DNA of 64,000 nt, taken from the human T2T-CHM13v2.0 reference genome, Homo sapiens. The DNA lies in the NCBI RefSeq assembly GCF_009914755.1, contig NC_060928.1; one strand, 5' to 3'. The notes beneath the pieces were generated by a model, which was given only the letters and a program-made list of their open reading frames with translations, did not search any database and was not told the DNA's origin. The number at the start of each line of letters is the position of its first letter. Positions within the stretch are counted from its first letter, which is position 1. The translations under genes and the position numbers were made by a program. Shown here piece by piece: positions 40,161 to 50,609 of this stretch.

Positions 40161-40939
40161 CCATTCCATTTGACTAATGTGATTATTATGAGATTGTTTC
40201 CCTTACTGTTCCCGTAAATATTTCCGAAGCAACAGATTCTTACCTCATCTCCCAATCTGAAAACCATGCAATCCACTAACATAATAAAGAAATGCTTTTA
40301 TAAAAAGTATGTGAATTTTGAAACCAGGATTCCATTTTCCTAATTGGTTCTCACATAAGGAAAAATGTATCACCACATTAGCAGTTTAATAGTGGCTGTC
40401 TAGTGGCCTTGACAAAGTCAAGTCAACTTCTGCTCTCTAGGCCTCAATCTGCACATCAGTGAGGATAAGTTCCTGGGGTCTTTCCAACTCTAACATTCCT
40501 CATACCACACATGTTGCTGAGTTCTAGCCTGTGCAAGTTATCCTTGAGCCACAGGTAAAATATAGAAAGTACACAGATTTTGGAGGCTTGTCATCTATGC
40601 AACATTTTCAAGAGTCCTTGGTCTGCATCACATGACAGTCCCCATCTTCAGAAAATGTAAGGCTATGCACAGCAATGACACTTAAAAGAGTAACCAGTTC
40701 TAGGAAACCTATCCATTTGCCTGGTACCTGCTCACTTGGTAACATAATCTTTATCAAGAGTAAAACGTGGTACTCTGATTGGCACAACCATCACTACCAA
40801 TACATGAACAAGCTATCTTCCTATTTAAGAAGTCAAGTAGTGTGCAAGCTCCAAGACCAAAAAGATATCTTAAAAGATGGCCTGTTGTTAGAGTTAACAG
40901 CATAGTCTTTCTTTAATAAGATACTAACTACCTCCAGAA

Positions 40940-41300
40940 CCTTTCAACAGATACTCATCGGGCACACTCTGCCATACCTGTCTCAGGTGCTGGAGTTCCT
41001 ACAGGAAGCGATTCAAACAAGGTCCACGCTCTCAACAACTTAGATTTTATGGTGGGGGTGAGGGATGTTGGTAGATAATAAATTAATTAATTAATAAACA
41101 AGAATATCAAGGAGTATTAAGTACTACATAATTAATTAATTAACCTTGACAAGACAGTGAGGGGTGGTTAATTTAGATTTAGTGGTCAGAAAAAAGACCT
41201 CTCTGAGGAAGTGAATCATTTAATCTAGATGAAGGGAAGGTGTTATCCATGCAAGAGCAGCTGGTTAGTGTTAGCCAGAGAGGCAGGGGCAAATGACTGG
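40940..41300 (-). mobile_element. L2 3' portion
   Basis: tcaacagatactcatcgggcac..; tttagatttagtggtcagaaaaagacctctctgaggaagtga. Confidence 0.7.
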
Positions 41301-43234
41301 AAGTTGCAATTGTATGCTGAGTGTGCCATGTCCACCATCTCATCACTCCCCCAGCCATAACCCTTGAGGAGCTAAAGCCAAAAGAGCTGCAGGAAGGGAG
41401 CTTGAAAGAAGCCATACCCCTTCTTACTCCAGGTCCTTCAAGTCATGGGTCAGGCCTGAGCTGCCAAGCAGAGAGGAAAAAAGATAGAAATTTTAACCCC
41501 AATATGAACTAAAATTGTCCACAGCTAAAAGTGTCAAAATGCTTAACAATCAGTATGGCAGGAACACTGATCGATCAGGACAGAGGCCAGCAGGGTTGCA
41601 GAAGTATCTCAGAGGCCTTAAGCAGTACCAGGCATTGGAATTTCTGCTTCATCACGTGTTGGTCCATTTGTCTTAGAGGAGTTGCACTAGTCTCTTCCCA
41701 ACTCATTGGAAATATTTCAACATTTCAACATTTTGGTAATCAGTATGGAACTAACACTGGTGCATACTAAATGATTATCAAATATTAGATGTCTCCTTAG
41801 GAGATTTAAAAAATGGGAGATTTGAAAAATAAAATCATAGTTGGAGGCAGTGGTGGTGAAAAATAATATAACATACAGATTGTTTACAACTGATCTTACC
41901 CAAAAGATCAAGAAGCAACAGAGATTGCTTAATAAATGAGTTATATAGAGATTACATAGAGTTACACAGAGTTATATATTCTGATTACGTATAATGCTTC
42001 CAAATTAGAAACATGAAAATCAGAGTAAGTAAATGAAGGGACTTTATGACTTCTACCATTTTGGTTGATACAAACAGAAACCTACGGGGAAAATATCATC
42101 AGTCTTGGAAACTTTTTTTTTTTACTATGAAATTTATGAATGTCTTAATTTGTTATTACTTATTCAACATATCACTTTATCATTAGAATTTTGTTTCCAC
42201 AAAGGGTGCAAAAGTTTATAGATAAAACTTAGAACCTTATCAGTCTAAAGCTTGAAAAAAACATGAAGTGGAAGCTAATATACAGAAGATATTTAAGAAA
42301 TAAGTTTCAGGAAGGGTGAAATACAAGTAGACAAAGCTAAGGCTTCCGTGCCTGAGACAGAACTAGAGGTTGTAGAAGAGATGGCAGCACTGAGGGAAGT
42401 TTAATGTCCAATCCCATCCTCTATTTACAACTATTTAACAAACGATATATTAGTCCCTGAGGCTTCCTACAAACCTCTGTACTTTCTAAACACCTTTCAG
42501 TGGTAAAAGCAAAGTATATCATCCATCCAATATCTATGATTAAAATTGATATGGAAGAAAAATTACCACATAATAGAGCTTTTTAATCACCTACTGTGAA
42601 AAGACAAAATTCATCATTACATAATGGCACTGTACTTGTTCAACTTCCTCAACTATTTCAAACAGCAGAGAACCAGGAGGAAGTTTTTTCTTTTTTTTTT
42701 TTTTTGTAAAAAAGCCTTTAAACAACAAAAATAAATGTCAAAAAGGTCACGCAATAAAACTTACAGGGAAACTTACAGGAAAGTCCCTTTAGTCTGCAGT
42801 TAGAGCCTATTTACTCTTGGACACTGTTCTAAATATTGTGGTTATCTGTTTTTGATAAAACAGAGATTTGAAGCTGCCACCTAAAAATGATGGCGAGGGG
42901 ACTGGGCACCTTTTTTAATTTTCCATTTTTAATTTAAATTTTGTTAGATACAGGAGCATTGACAGTAGGAAGAGAAAGCTGGCACTGATAAAAAGAGATG
43001 GAAAATCCATAAACACAAGATACCGGCAAAAGGGCACGACCAGCAGACCAAAGTAAATTGCCCCACATGCCACAAAAGCCCTTGAGAAAAAGAACACATA
43101 CAATAACTGATGTTAATAAGACCAACCGTAGCGAAGAGCGGCATATTCCAAATCAAAATTCAGAATGGCTAAAGAAAATGAGAAAAAAATGATACGCATG
43201 CTCTTAATCTATGAGTAAACTAAAAATCACTCAC

Positions 43235-43296
43235 CAACAACACAGGTAGAAGAGGCATTCCTCCACCAACAACTTTGTCATTGACATCTCTTTGTG
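43235..43296 (-). other. Candidate 62-nt alternative (frameshifting) cassette exon of PDGFC
   Basis: Minus strand reads ctactttgtctgttgcatacag|CACAAAG...GTGTTGTTG|gtgagt. Confidence 0.6.
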
Positions 43297-46200
43297 CTGT
43301 ATGCAACAGACAAAGTAGGTTTTGTTTTGTTCCTGGGTGTATGATTCTTTCTGCTACAACTCAGAAGCACCGTCCCAGAACTTAATCATTCCACAATAGG
43401 CATTCTCATCTAAAACCAGTGTGCACAAAATATGAGTATTTTTCACCATGGTCATACAACAAGTATACAGGCCAGACACCCTCCAAGCAAGTCAATGTTA
43501 TCTTTTAATCTCTTTCCTCAAGTTAAATCTGAAGACTCTTGTTTTCATAAGTGAGACAGGGTCAGAAGTAAGGTTAAAAATTAAGTATAGTATATGAAGT
43601 CAACTTATAATATTAGAGGATAAAACTTTGTACAGTAAAAGTGGCAAGAATTGCAATCCAATGGTAGGTCAAAAACCAGATACCTAACAATAGTGTAAAT
43701 GACACTAACCCTTCAAAGCTAATTCTGAACCATGTCCACATGATCCAGTCTAAATCCATGTATGCAGCATTGGCTACAGCAATCAATTTCCAATTCTACC
43801 TCCTCTTGAAATACCAAGTTAATATTAAAACTGAGCAGCCCGAGGTACCTGATTGAGTAATCACCATTAGGGACTTTAGAATACTCAAGAAAAGAGAGTA
43901 TCATGAGGAGGGGTCCTTGGAGACAAGAATGAGCTGCTACAGTCATAATATATCAATTTGGACATTTCAGAGTTAGAGAAGACCTGTCACAAAACGATGC
44001 AATGCACAAACTGGGCCAATGGGATCTTCTACGTGGTATCCTCAAGGAGGGTTCGTATTTACAGGACTGTACAACTGTCAAAATTGAGACAGCAACAGGG
44101 CAATCAAAATTCAATCATAATTCAGTATGTGGGCAAAAGATTACCCACATAATGGAAAATTTGAAAGACAAAAAGAAGAAGAAGTAGAAGTAGTAGTAGT
44201 AACGGTAATGGTAGTAGCTCTAACAAATCTGGTTACATTCCAGGGGAATCTTCTTCAGCACCCACCTGTTACCCTCAAATCTTGAAACATTTACGTATAA
44301 AAATCAACCTGAGCATGTGCAAGAAAATAGCTCTATATTGCCCCCTAGTGCTGGCCAGTGCCACTTCTCCTTGGGCTAAAAACTACAAGTAGTTCCTCTA
44401 CTTCTAGTTACTTCCTGCTGCCATCCTTAACATAGACCAACCCCCAAACATAGCCTAATCCTCTACCCACAGATTAGGAAACAAGCAGCAATTTTTAGCA
44501 TCATGCATCTTAGGAATGGAAATGGCCCAGCCTCAGATGGCAACAGAATGTGTGTGGCCTGGCTTAATGAACTCATCTCTCCTGGAGGTGTGAATCTACT
44601 TGGGTAAAGTGGCCTATGACCACATGCTGCATGACAGCTCTGGGACCCTTACAAAGTGATGATAGCATGGGGATCACAAGAGAGAACTAAAAGGAAAGGA
44701 CAAAGAGAAGCACAGGTCAGCAAAGAGATTCGGGCAGATGCCAAGAGAGGCTTGATAAGACAAGGCAATAGGAGAAATGATATGGGACAGGAACAATAAA
44801 AAACAGAAGCCAGGAAGCCAGGAATATTGTGCATTGTTGTCATTATGGAGGAGCTTGGCTAGTAAGAAGCAATATTTTGAACTGGACATTTATTTTACAT
44901 GAGAAAGAACAAAGGTTGGTCTGATGTGTTTCCTGCACGGGTACAGCTGGTGCTGTGGCTCCTTTGATCACTTTCCCCCAGACCTCTGCAGCTACTGTGA
45001 TTAGAGATACATCCCTAGGCTGCCCTTTGATCAGCAGCTCAAGGAGCCTGCAGGTGCCATGTGGCATCACATTAGCAAGTTGTAAGAAGCACCACACTAA
45101 TATTAGCTGATAAATGTGATACTATGTCTTGCTGCGCAACAGCAAATACAAATAACGTTTGCAAAAGTCGGCAGAATCCTTATTTTATCTACTTTTATAC
45201 CCTAAAACTTTCTGTGCTTTCTTAAACATGAACACTTCATAGAGTTTAAATTCAAAGTTGAAGTCTTGAAACACCCCAATATGAAAAGGAAAAAAAATCA
45301 CTCTGACTTAAAACTATAGCACATCCTATCTTAATTTTGTAGGTATGCCACTTGTGTTCATTTTGCATGGTTAATCAAGTGACAGAATCCTTGCATTCTG
45401 AATAGATGATATACAAAGCAGTAAAAACATGTATATTCCTTTTCAAATTACAGTAAGAGCCACCATTTGTAAACAGGGCGTTAAATATTCCAATTTTAGA
45501 CAGCCTAACATGAACATTGTGGTTTCATGTGCAGTATAAAATTTCTATTTACAAAGTATTCTCAAAAATGACTTCATAATGGTAGATGAAGAGAAAAAGA
45601 GTTTAGAAATTGAATGATGTAAATCATATGGGTTCAGAGGCTAAGCAAATTACACACCCTGAAGCTGCCCTGGCTTTATGAAAGGAGCCTTTCTCCAGCT
45701 CTGTGCAATCCCAGCCCAAGGGAACTTGCATCTGAGAGTTTTCTAAACATTTCAGGTACACTTGAAAGCTGAAAGTAATTCTCATTTCCTATGCAGGATT
45801 AAGTCGTTTCCAGCACACACAAAATAGCAGTCATTCACCAACACATACAAAAACACACCACCAGAAAGGTAAGGACTTCAGAGTACAAAGGCAAGTTTAA
45901 AAAACAAAAACTAGGGAGCAAGAGAAATACACTTTTTAATTCCTCTAAAAACGACCACACAGCCTCTTGACCTCTATATTTCCTATCTACTCATTGATTA
46001 ATTGATGACTTCGACCTAGAGTGCTTCAATTAATGCGGCTGATATATTTCCTGACCGACCCCCCTCGCCCTCCCCAAATCTGAGTAAAGTCAAACATGCC
46101 AAGGCTCATTCATTTTGGATTCGTTTTTAGAGGCAGTTCTTGAACTTCTAACTTTAGCAATGAGCGAACCTGCAATGTGCATTTGAAATGACGTTCACAA

Positions 46201-46449
46201 TCGCTCCCAGAATGTCCTCACTCAGCAGTGGCACTCACGTTGCCCTCTTGGAGCTTTGTGGCAGCTCCCGAAGTTGCAAACTACACTTAACCTTTAACAG
46301 TCCATGCCAATGAACGCAGCGCACATTTGCATGTAATGAGAGACCAAAGATACCTTCACAGTCTGGTATATATCACATACCAACGCACAATGCCAACGTT
46401 AACACACACAGCGAGAAACAAGCAGGGGGAGAATGGGGGAAAGACTCAC

Positions 46450-46567
46450 CGTTCTGTTCCTTGTTGCTGGAAAACTGGAATTTACTACTCAGGTTGGATT
46501 CCGCCTGAGTCCCCTGTCTCTGGCCGGCCAGGGCAGATGTCAGCAGGAGAAGCCCGAAGAGGCTCAT
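46450..46567 (-). CDS. PDGFC: Platelet-derived growth factor C, coding part of exon 1 (signal peptide and start of the mature N-terminus); 118 nt, ends in phase 1
   Basis: Translates as MSLFGLLLLTSALAGQRQGTQAESNLSSKFQFSSNKEQN+G, recognised as the human PDGF-C N-terminus. It is followed by a canonical donor AACG|GTGAGT (plus-strand ACTCAC 46444-46449). The ORF-track extension to 46373 is intronic read-through. Confidence 0.97.
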
Positions 46568-46725
46568 TTGGCTGACTGGGGTGAGAGCTCACTCACGGCG
46601 GGCACTTTGGAAGCAGCGACTCCCGAGTCTCTTTCACCACCGCCAGGGGAAGGCTGCACTGGGGTGGAAGCGCCGAGCCTGCTCTGGCAGCAGAGAATCG
46701 CAGGGTAGTTTCCACATAATCCCAT
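46564..46725 (-). CDS. uORF1, 53 aa (MGLCGNYPAILCCQSRLGASTPVQPSPGGGERDSGVAASKVPAVSELSPQSAK*); its stop overlaps the main ATG
   Basis: ATG at 46725 opens a frame to TGA at 46566-46564, which lies within ATGA of the PDGFC start. Translation in vivo is not shown. Confidence 0.5.
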   Translation of the reverse strand: MGLCGNYPAILCCQSRLGASTPVQPSPGGGERDSGVAASKVPAVSELSPQSAK

Positions 46726-47060
46726 CCAAAACTTTTTCCTAGAGCCCTCTTCTGTGTCTCCAGTTTTTGAAAAGGATCAAAGCAAAACCTGGACCTGAAC
46801 CAGTTTCCCAAGGTTTAAACAAATCCTGAGCTGTGGCGAAGTGGTGGGGGTGGGGGTGAAGGCGAGGGAGGAATGAGGGGGTGGGGACGCGGGGGAGCGG
46901 CGAGAAGTCCCCAGCAAGTTGCTGGGAGCACCTGTCAGTTCGGGGGACAGGACAGAGGCGAAAACTCAAGGGTTGCCCGCAGCCAGACTGGAAGCCAAGT
47001 CGGCGGCGAGCAGTTTCTGATCAATAACAAAGCTGCCAATAGATGCGGCTCTCCGGGCGC
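46568..47060 (-). other. PDGFC: PDGFC 5'UTR part of exon 1 (upstream limit uncertain; the TSS may lie further into the CpG island)
   Basis: Contiguous GC-rich sequence upstream of the ATG. The exact TSS cannot be read from sequence. Confidence 0.65.
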
Positions 47061-47830
47061 CCCTCTCCCCCGCCCCACCCCCCACCCCCGAAGGGGGAGG
47101 GGGAAGAAACAAGGCGAGGGCGCCGCGGCGGGTCCCACGGGCCGGGGCGCCGGAGCGGGGCCGGGGGGCTCCGGGCCGACGGCGGCCCGGGCGCAGGCGG
47201 AGAGAGGCCGCGGGGCTCCCGCTCCTCAGCCCGGAGCGCAGTTGGCCCCGGGTTCGGAGCGCCGCAGCACGGATTCCGGCACCTGGCTTGAGTTTTCCGC
47301 GACCAAAGTTCACCTTGTTCGGGCTCGTCCCCCGCTCCTCAAAGCCTGGGGCAATTCGGCCGCTCGGGGTCACCGCGGGGCTCCGGTTGTTCCCCGTCCC
47401 CTCCCCCCACGCCTCGGGCTCCGCGCTAACCTCGGGGCTACGCGCGGCGTCTCCGCACGGGGTGAAGAGGGAAGGCCGGGGCGGCCGGGAGGATCCGGCT
47501 TGTCCCCTCCCCTTCTCTACCTTCCCCCCGCCGGGCGGCAGACAGGAGGTGGGGGCCGTGGGCCGAGCCCGGGCGGAGCGCGCGCCTGGCGAGCGGGGGC
47601 GGCTCAGCGGCTCTCCCGCAGGCGGCCGATGGGGCGGGCGGGGGTCAGCGCCTCTGGGAGGGGCAGCCCTGGGACGCGTCCGCGCGAGCGGGCTTGGCCG
47701 CCCACTGGCTGTCAACAGGTGCTGCGCAGACAGGGGGTGCTGCGGGACTCGCTGTGGGCAAGACCCCGGTGGCCCAGGAGAGGAACGCGGCCAAGGCGGC
47801 CCCTGCTTTCCCTTCCACGGAACACCTCTA
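46580..47830. promoter_or_regulatory. CpG island / TATA-less PDGFC promoter with GC boxes (Sp1/KLF) and an EGR1 consensus GCGGGGGCG at 47593-47601
   Basis: Very high GC and CpG density against an AT-rich, CpG-depleted background. GGGGCGGG at about 47631; CCCCGCCCC at about 47067. Confidence 0.93.
46634..46717 (-). CDS. uORF2, 27 aa (MWKLPCDSLLPEQARRFHPSAAFPWRW*)
   Basis: ATG at 46717 with A at -3; TGA at 46636-46634. Same frame as PDGFC but stops 66 nt upstream of it. Translation in vivo is not shown. Confidence 0.45.
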   Translation of the reverse strand: MWKLPCDSLLPEQARRFHPSAAFPWRW

Positions 47831-48094
47831 ACCCCAAATACAGAGCACGATGGGTGGTGAAGGGTGCTGCAGAAGTAAGTGGGAAAGAACTTCCTGCAGC
47901 TCTCCTTCTCCCGCCCCCTGTCGCCTGACTTGTCATTAGTTTCCAGGAGGGCTCCCCACTCCCTAAGGTCTTTGCTAGGACCCTTGGCCAGAGTTTCAGA
48001 ACAGAAGGAAGAAGGGAAATGAATTCAAAGGCTTTCCTCCAATTTCCAGCTCCGTAAAGCAGGACAAATAAAGCAAAAGTAAAGGCAGCCAAAA

Positions 48095-48225
48095 TAACAT
48101 CCATTTAACAAGTACTATATTTACTGAATGCCTACTATGTCGGGCACTGTTTAGAGGTTGGAGCCGTAGCAGTGAAAACAGACAAAAGTCCCTGCCCTCG
48201 TGAAGCATACGTAGTAGTTGGGCAG
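48095..48225 (-). mobile_element. L2 3' end
   Basis: catccatttaacaa..tttactgaatgcctactatgtcgggcactgtt..aaaagtccctgccctcgtgaagc. Confidence 0.8.
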
Positions 48226-48975
48226 CATTAAGCTAATAGCAAGCTCTTCTGAGAATGGTGTCTAAGGGACTCAGAATGATCCTGCAACCTTGGACTTTCC
48301 TACAATACAGCCTCTAACAAAACTAGGCTGCCCTGAACCCCTGGTGATAGAATTGTTTACATTTACACCAAAAAGGTCGAGAAAGAACTGAAATCTCTTG
48401 TGGCTTGTGTTCAGGCTGACTTGGAGAGAGAGGCCGATGCTTTAAGACCTAAAGTTCTCATGAGGTAGTCTGAAATGAAACACACATGCCAAGCAGGGCT
48501 TATGGTGGTTCCATGTCTGCTAAATATGTCTGTGACAGGATCCAACGTGCTTTCTTTGTGGAGAAGCAGAAAATCATTGTCAATGTGTTAAAGGCACAAG
48601 CAGAGAGTCAGAAAAGTTGAATTTTAAAATGAAGCTATTTTTGAGTAATAATCAAAATGAAAACAAGGAAGTGCCATGGCAGGCAAATCAGCAATATCAC
48701 CCAACTTCTTGTGGAAAAAAAGTCAATGCAAACAATTCGACCATCAAGAACACTTGGGCTGGAACAGAAAACCAAAATAGCAATGTCCCTGAAACTAAGG
48801 AGTGGCATTTGGGCAAGAACATATTCTTACTGGACCAAACCAGGGGCTGATCCTTCTTCAGTGGTGAGGAAAATGCCAAGCCCTCTTCTTATATGCGAAC
48901 ACCAACTGGGGCCAACCAACCAGACCTTTCTGCTTGGAATATCCTAGTCTTCTTGTTTTTCCCTTTTAGAAACCT

Positions 48976-49031
48976 TTGAAAACTTCACCCATCTGTCTCA
49001 TTCTTGAAAATTTCACCCGCCTGTCTCATTC
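48976..49031. repeat. 28-bp tandem duplication (2 copies, 3 mismatches)
   Basis: ttgaaaacttcacccatctgtctcattc / ttgaaaatttcacccgcctgtctcattc. Confidence 0.9.
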
Positions 49032-49454
49032 ATTCATTCTTATCCCTTTACCACTTCTATCTACAGAGTACTAAATATACACTAAAGGCAAATAAGGCCT
49101 GATCTTTGACTTTAAGGCATTTACAGTTTAGTGGACAGAAGGTTTTTTATCAAGTATGGTATTTTATTCGAGTTAGCAGCTCCACAACACCAGTGTGACT
49201 CCATATTTGCATAATGTGTTCCAAAAATATTTTGTAAATTTGTGAGGGTGAAGGGTTATTCCCAATTTTAATAACATAATGGGACTTAAATAAAGGGCAT
49301 GCCTTATGAATCCATTGTAATCTATTTTTCATAAAATTCATTATTCTCCAGTTTTTCTAATTTTGTAAGTTTAGTTTTCTAATCAGCACTTTTCTAAATG
49401 AAAATGTTATATGTCCATATAGTTGAGTTTCCTGACCACCCACATAGAGGTGGG

Positions 49455-49480
49455 GTGTGTGTGTGTGTGTGTGTGTGTGT
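49455..49480. repeat. (GT)13 microsatellite
   Basis: Read directly from the sequence. Confidence 0.95.
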
Positions 49481-50578
49481 CTGCAAATGTAATCCATTTG
49501 CTCTCAGGAGATTGGAAGGGTGATGACTACTCTTTATTTTGTATCATTTCATATTGGCTAGAATATTGCTTGGCACAGGGGGATAATAAATAAACACTCT
49601 TGACTGACTGACAGGTTTCTTTATTGGAGTCACTTACATTCTCCCTGGAATTTCAGTGCGATAGTTGTATTTGAAAAGTTACAGATGATCTAGAATAATA
49701 CTCTACCTCTGCGTTTCACCTCATCCATATTCTACAGATTGATTTGACAATCGCCTTATAAATAAAGTCAGCCAGGTGTTCCTGAATGACCCCTAGACAA
49801 AATCACATCCACATTGGCCAATTTCCTTTCAATGTACTTGCATTGTCATTTCTTGAACTGCTCTTGCCCTTGACGTAGTTGATTCTTTTAACACATTATC
49901 CTCTGCCTGTCTTCCTGCTCTATTTTGCTTGTTAACCTTTTCTAGAAAAATGAAATCTTTGCATTGAAAGTAAATTTTATATAATCCAGAGTCTGTGCAA
50001 TTACTAAACAATATATTTTAAATGAATATGGCTTTGTTTTGGCCAAAGGCATTTTCCTTGATGAAAGGCATCTGTTCCGCCAACCAAGAGAAAATAATTT
50101 CAGACATTCTTTGTGGTTTTCATGTTTTCTTAAACCTTAAGAAGGAGTGCCCATTGCTGCTGCATGCATGAAGAGTATTACCACAAATTCTTACTAAAGA
50201 ATACACTTGGTGGTTAACAATGATAATTTGGGGGAGGGGGTGTCACTACTAAATGTTTTTAAGTGAAATAAGATTTTAAAGCAACCTACTCCTTTAGCTA
50301 GCCACTTAACACTCAAAGGGGCGGGAACCATGGGGACATATTTTTGCCACCAAAAAAAAAAATCTACGTTTTCTTGCTCTTTATTTTTCTGTTTTGATCC
50401 TAACACACACACACACGTGCATGCACACACACACAGAGGCATATGTGCAAAGTTATTTTAAGACTTTTCCTGGAACATTTCAGTATTTTAGTGGCAGATA
50501 ATTGAGCATGATTTCCTGAAGTTCAGAAAGCTTTCTTCTACCTAAATACTCATTGTGTATTGAGAATGGCTGACAAGT

Positions 50579-50583
<5 letters not shown>

Positions 50584-50609
<26 letters not shown>
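50584..50609. repeat. (AT)13 microsatellite
   Basis: Read directly from the sequence. Confidence 0.95.

Larger units (their letters stand above)
1..46449 (-). other. PDGFC: PDGFC intron 1 (partial; continues beyond the window start)
   Basis: Begins at the GT donor at 46449. No CUB-domain (exon 2) coding sequence was recognised in the remainder, and the region is repeat-rich. Confidence 0.9.

Noticed and set aside
46373-46449. ORF-track extension of PDGFC (ESFPHSPPACF...)
   Set aside because: Read-through past the consensus splice donor into intron 1.
46873-47928. 351-aa plus-strand ORF (and overlapping 249/190-aa ORFs) across the promoter
   Set aside because: Arg/Gly/Pro/Ala low-complexity translation typical of stop-poor CpG islands; several frames are open at once and there is no recognisable domain. 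It would need Ribo-seq or PhyloCSF support.
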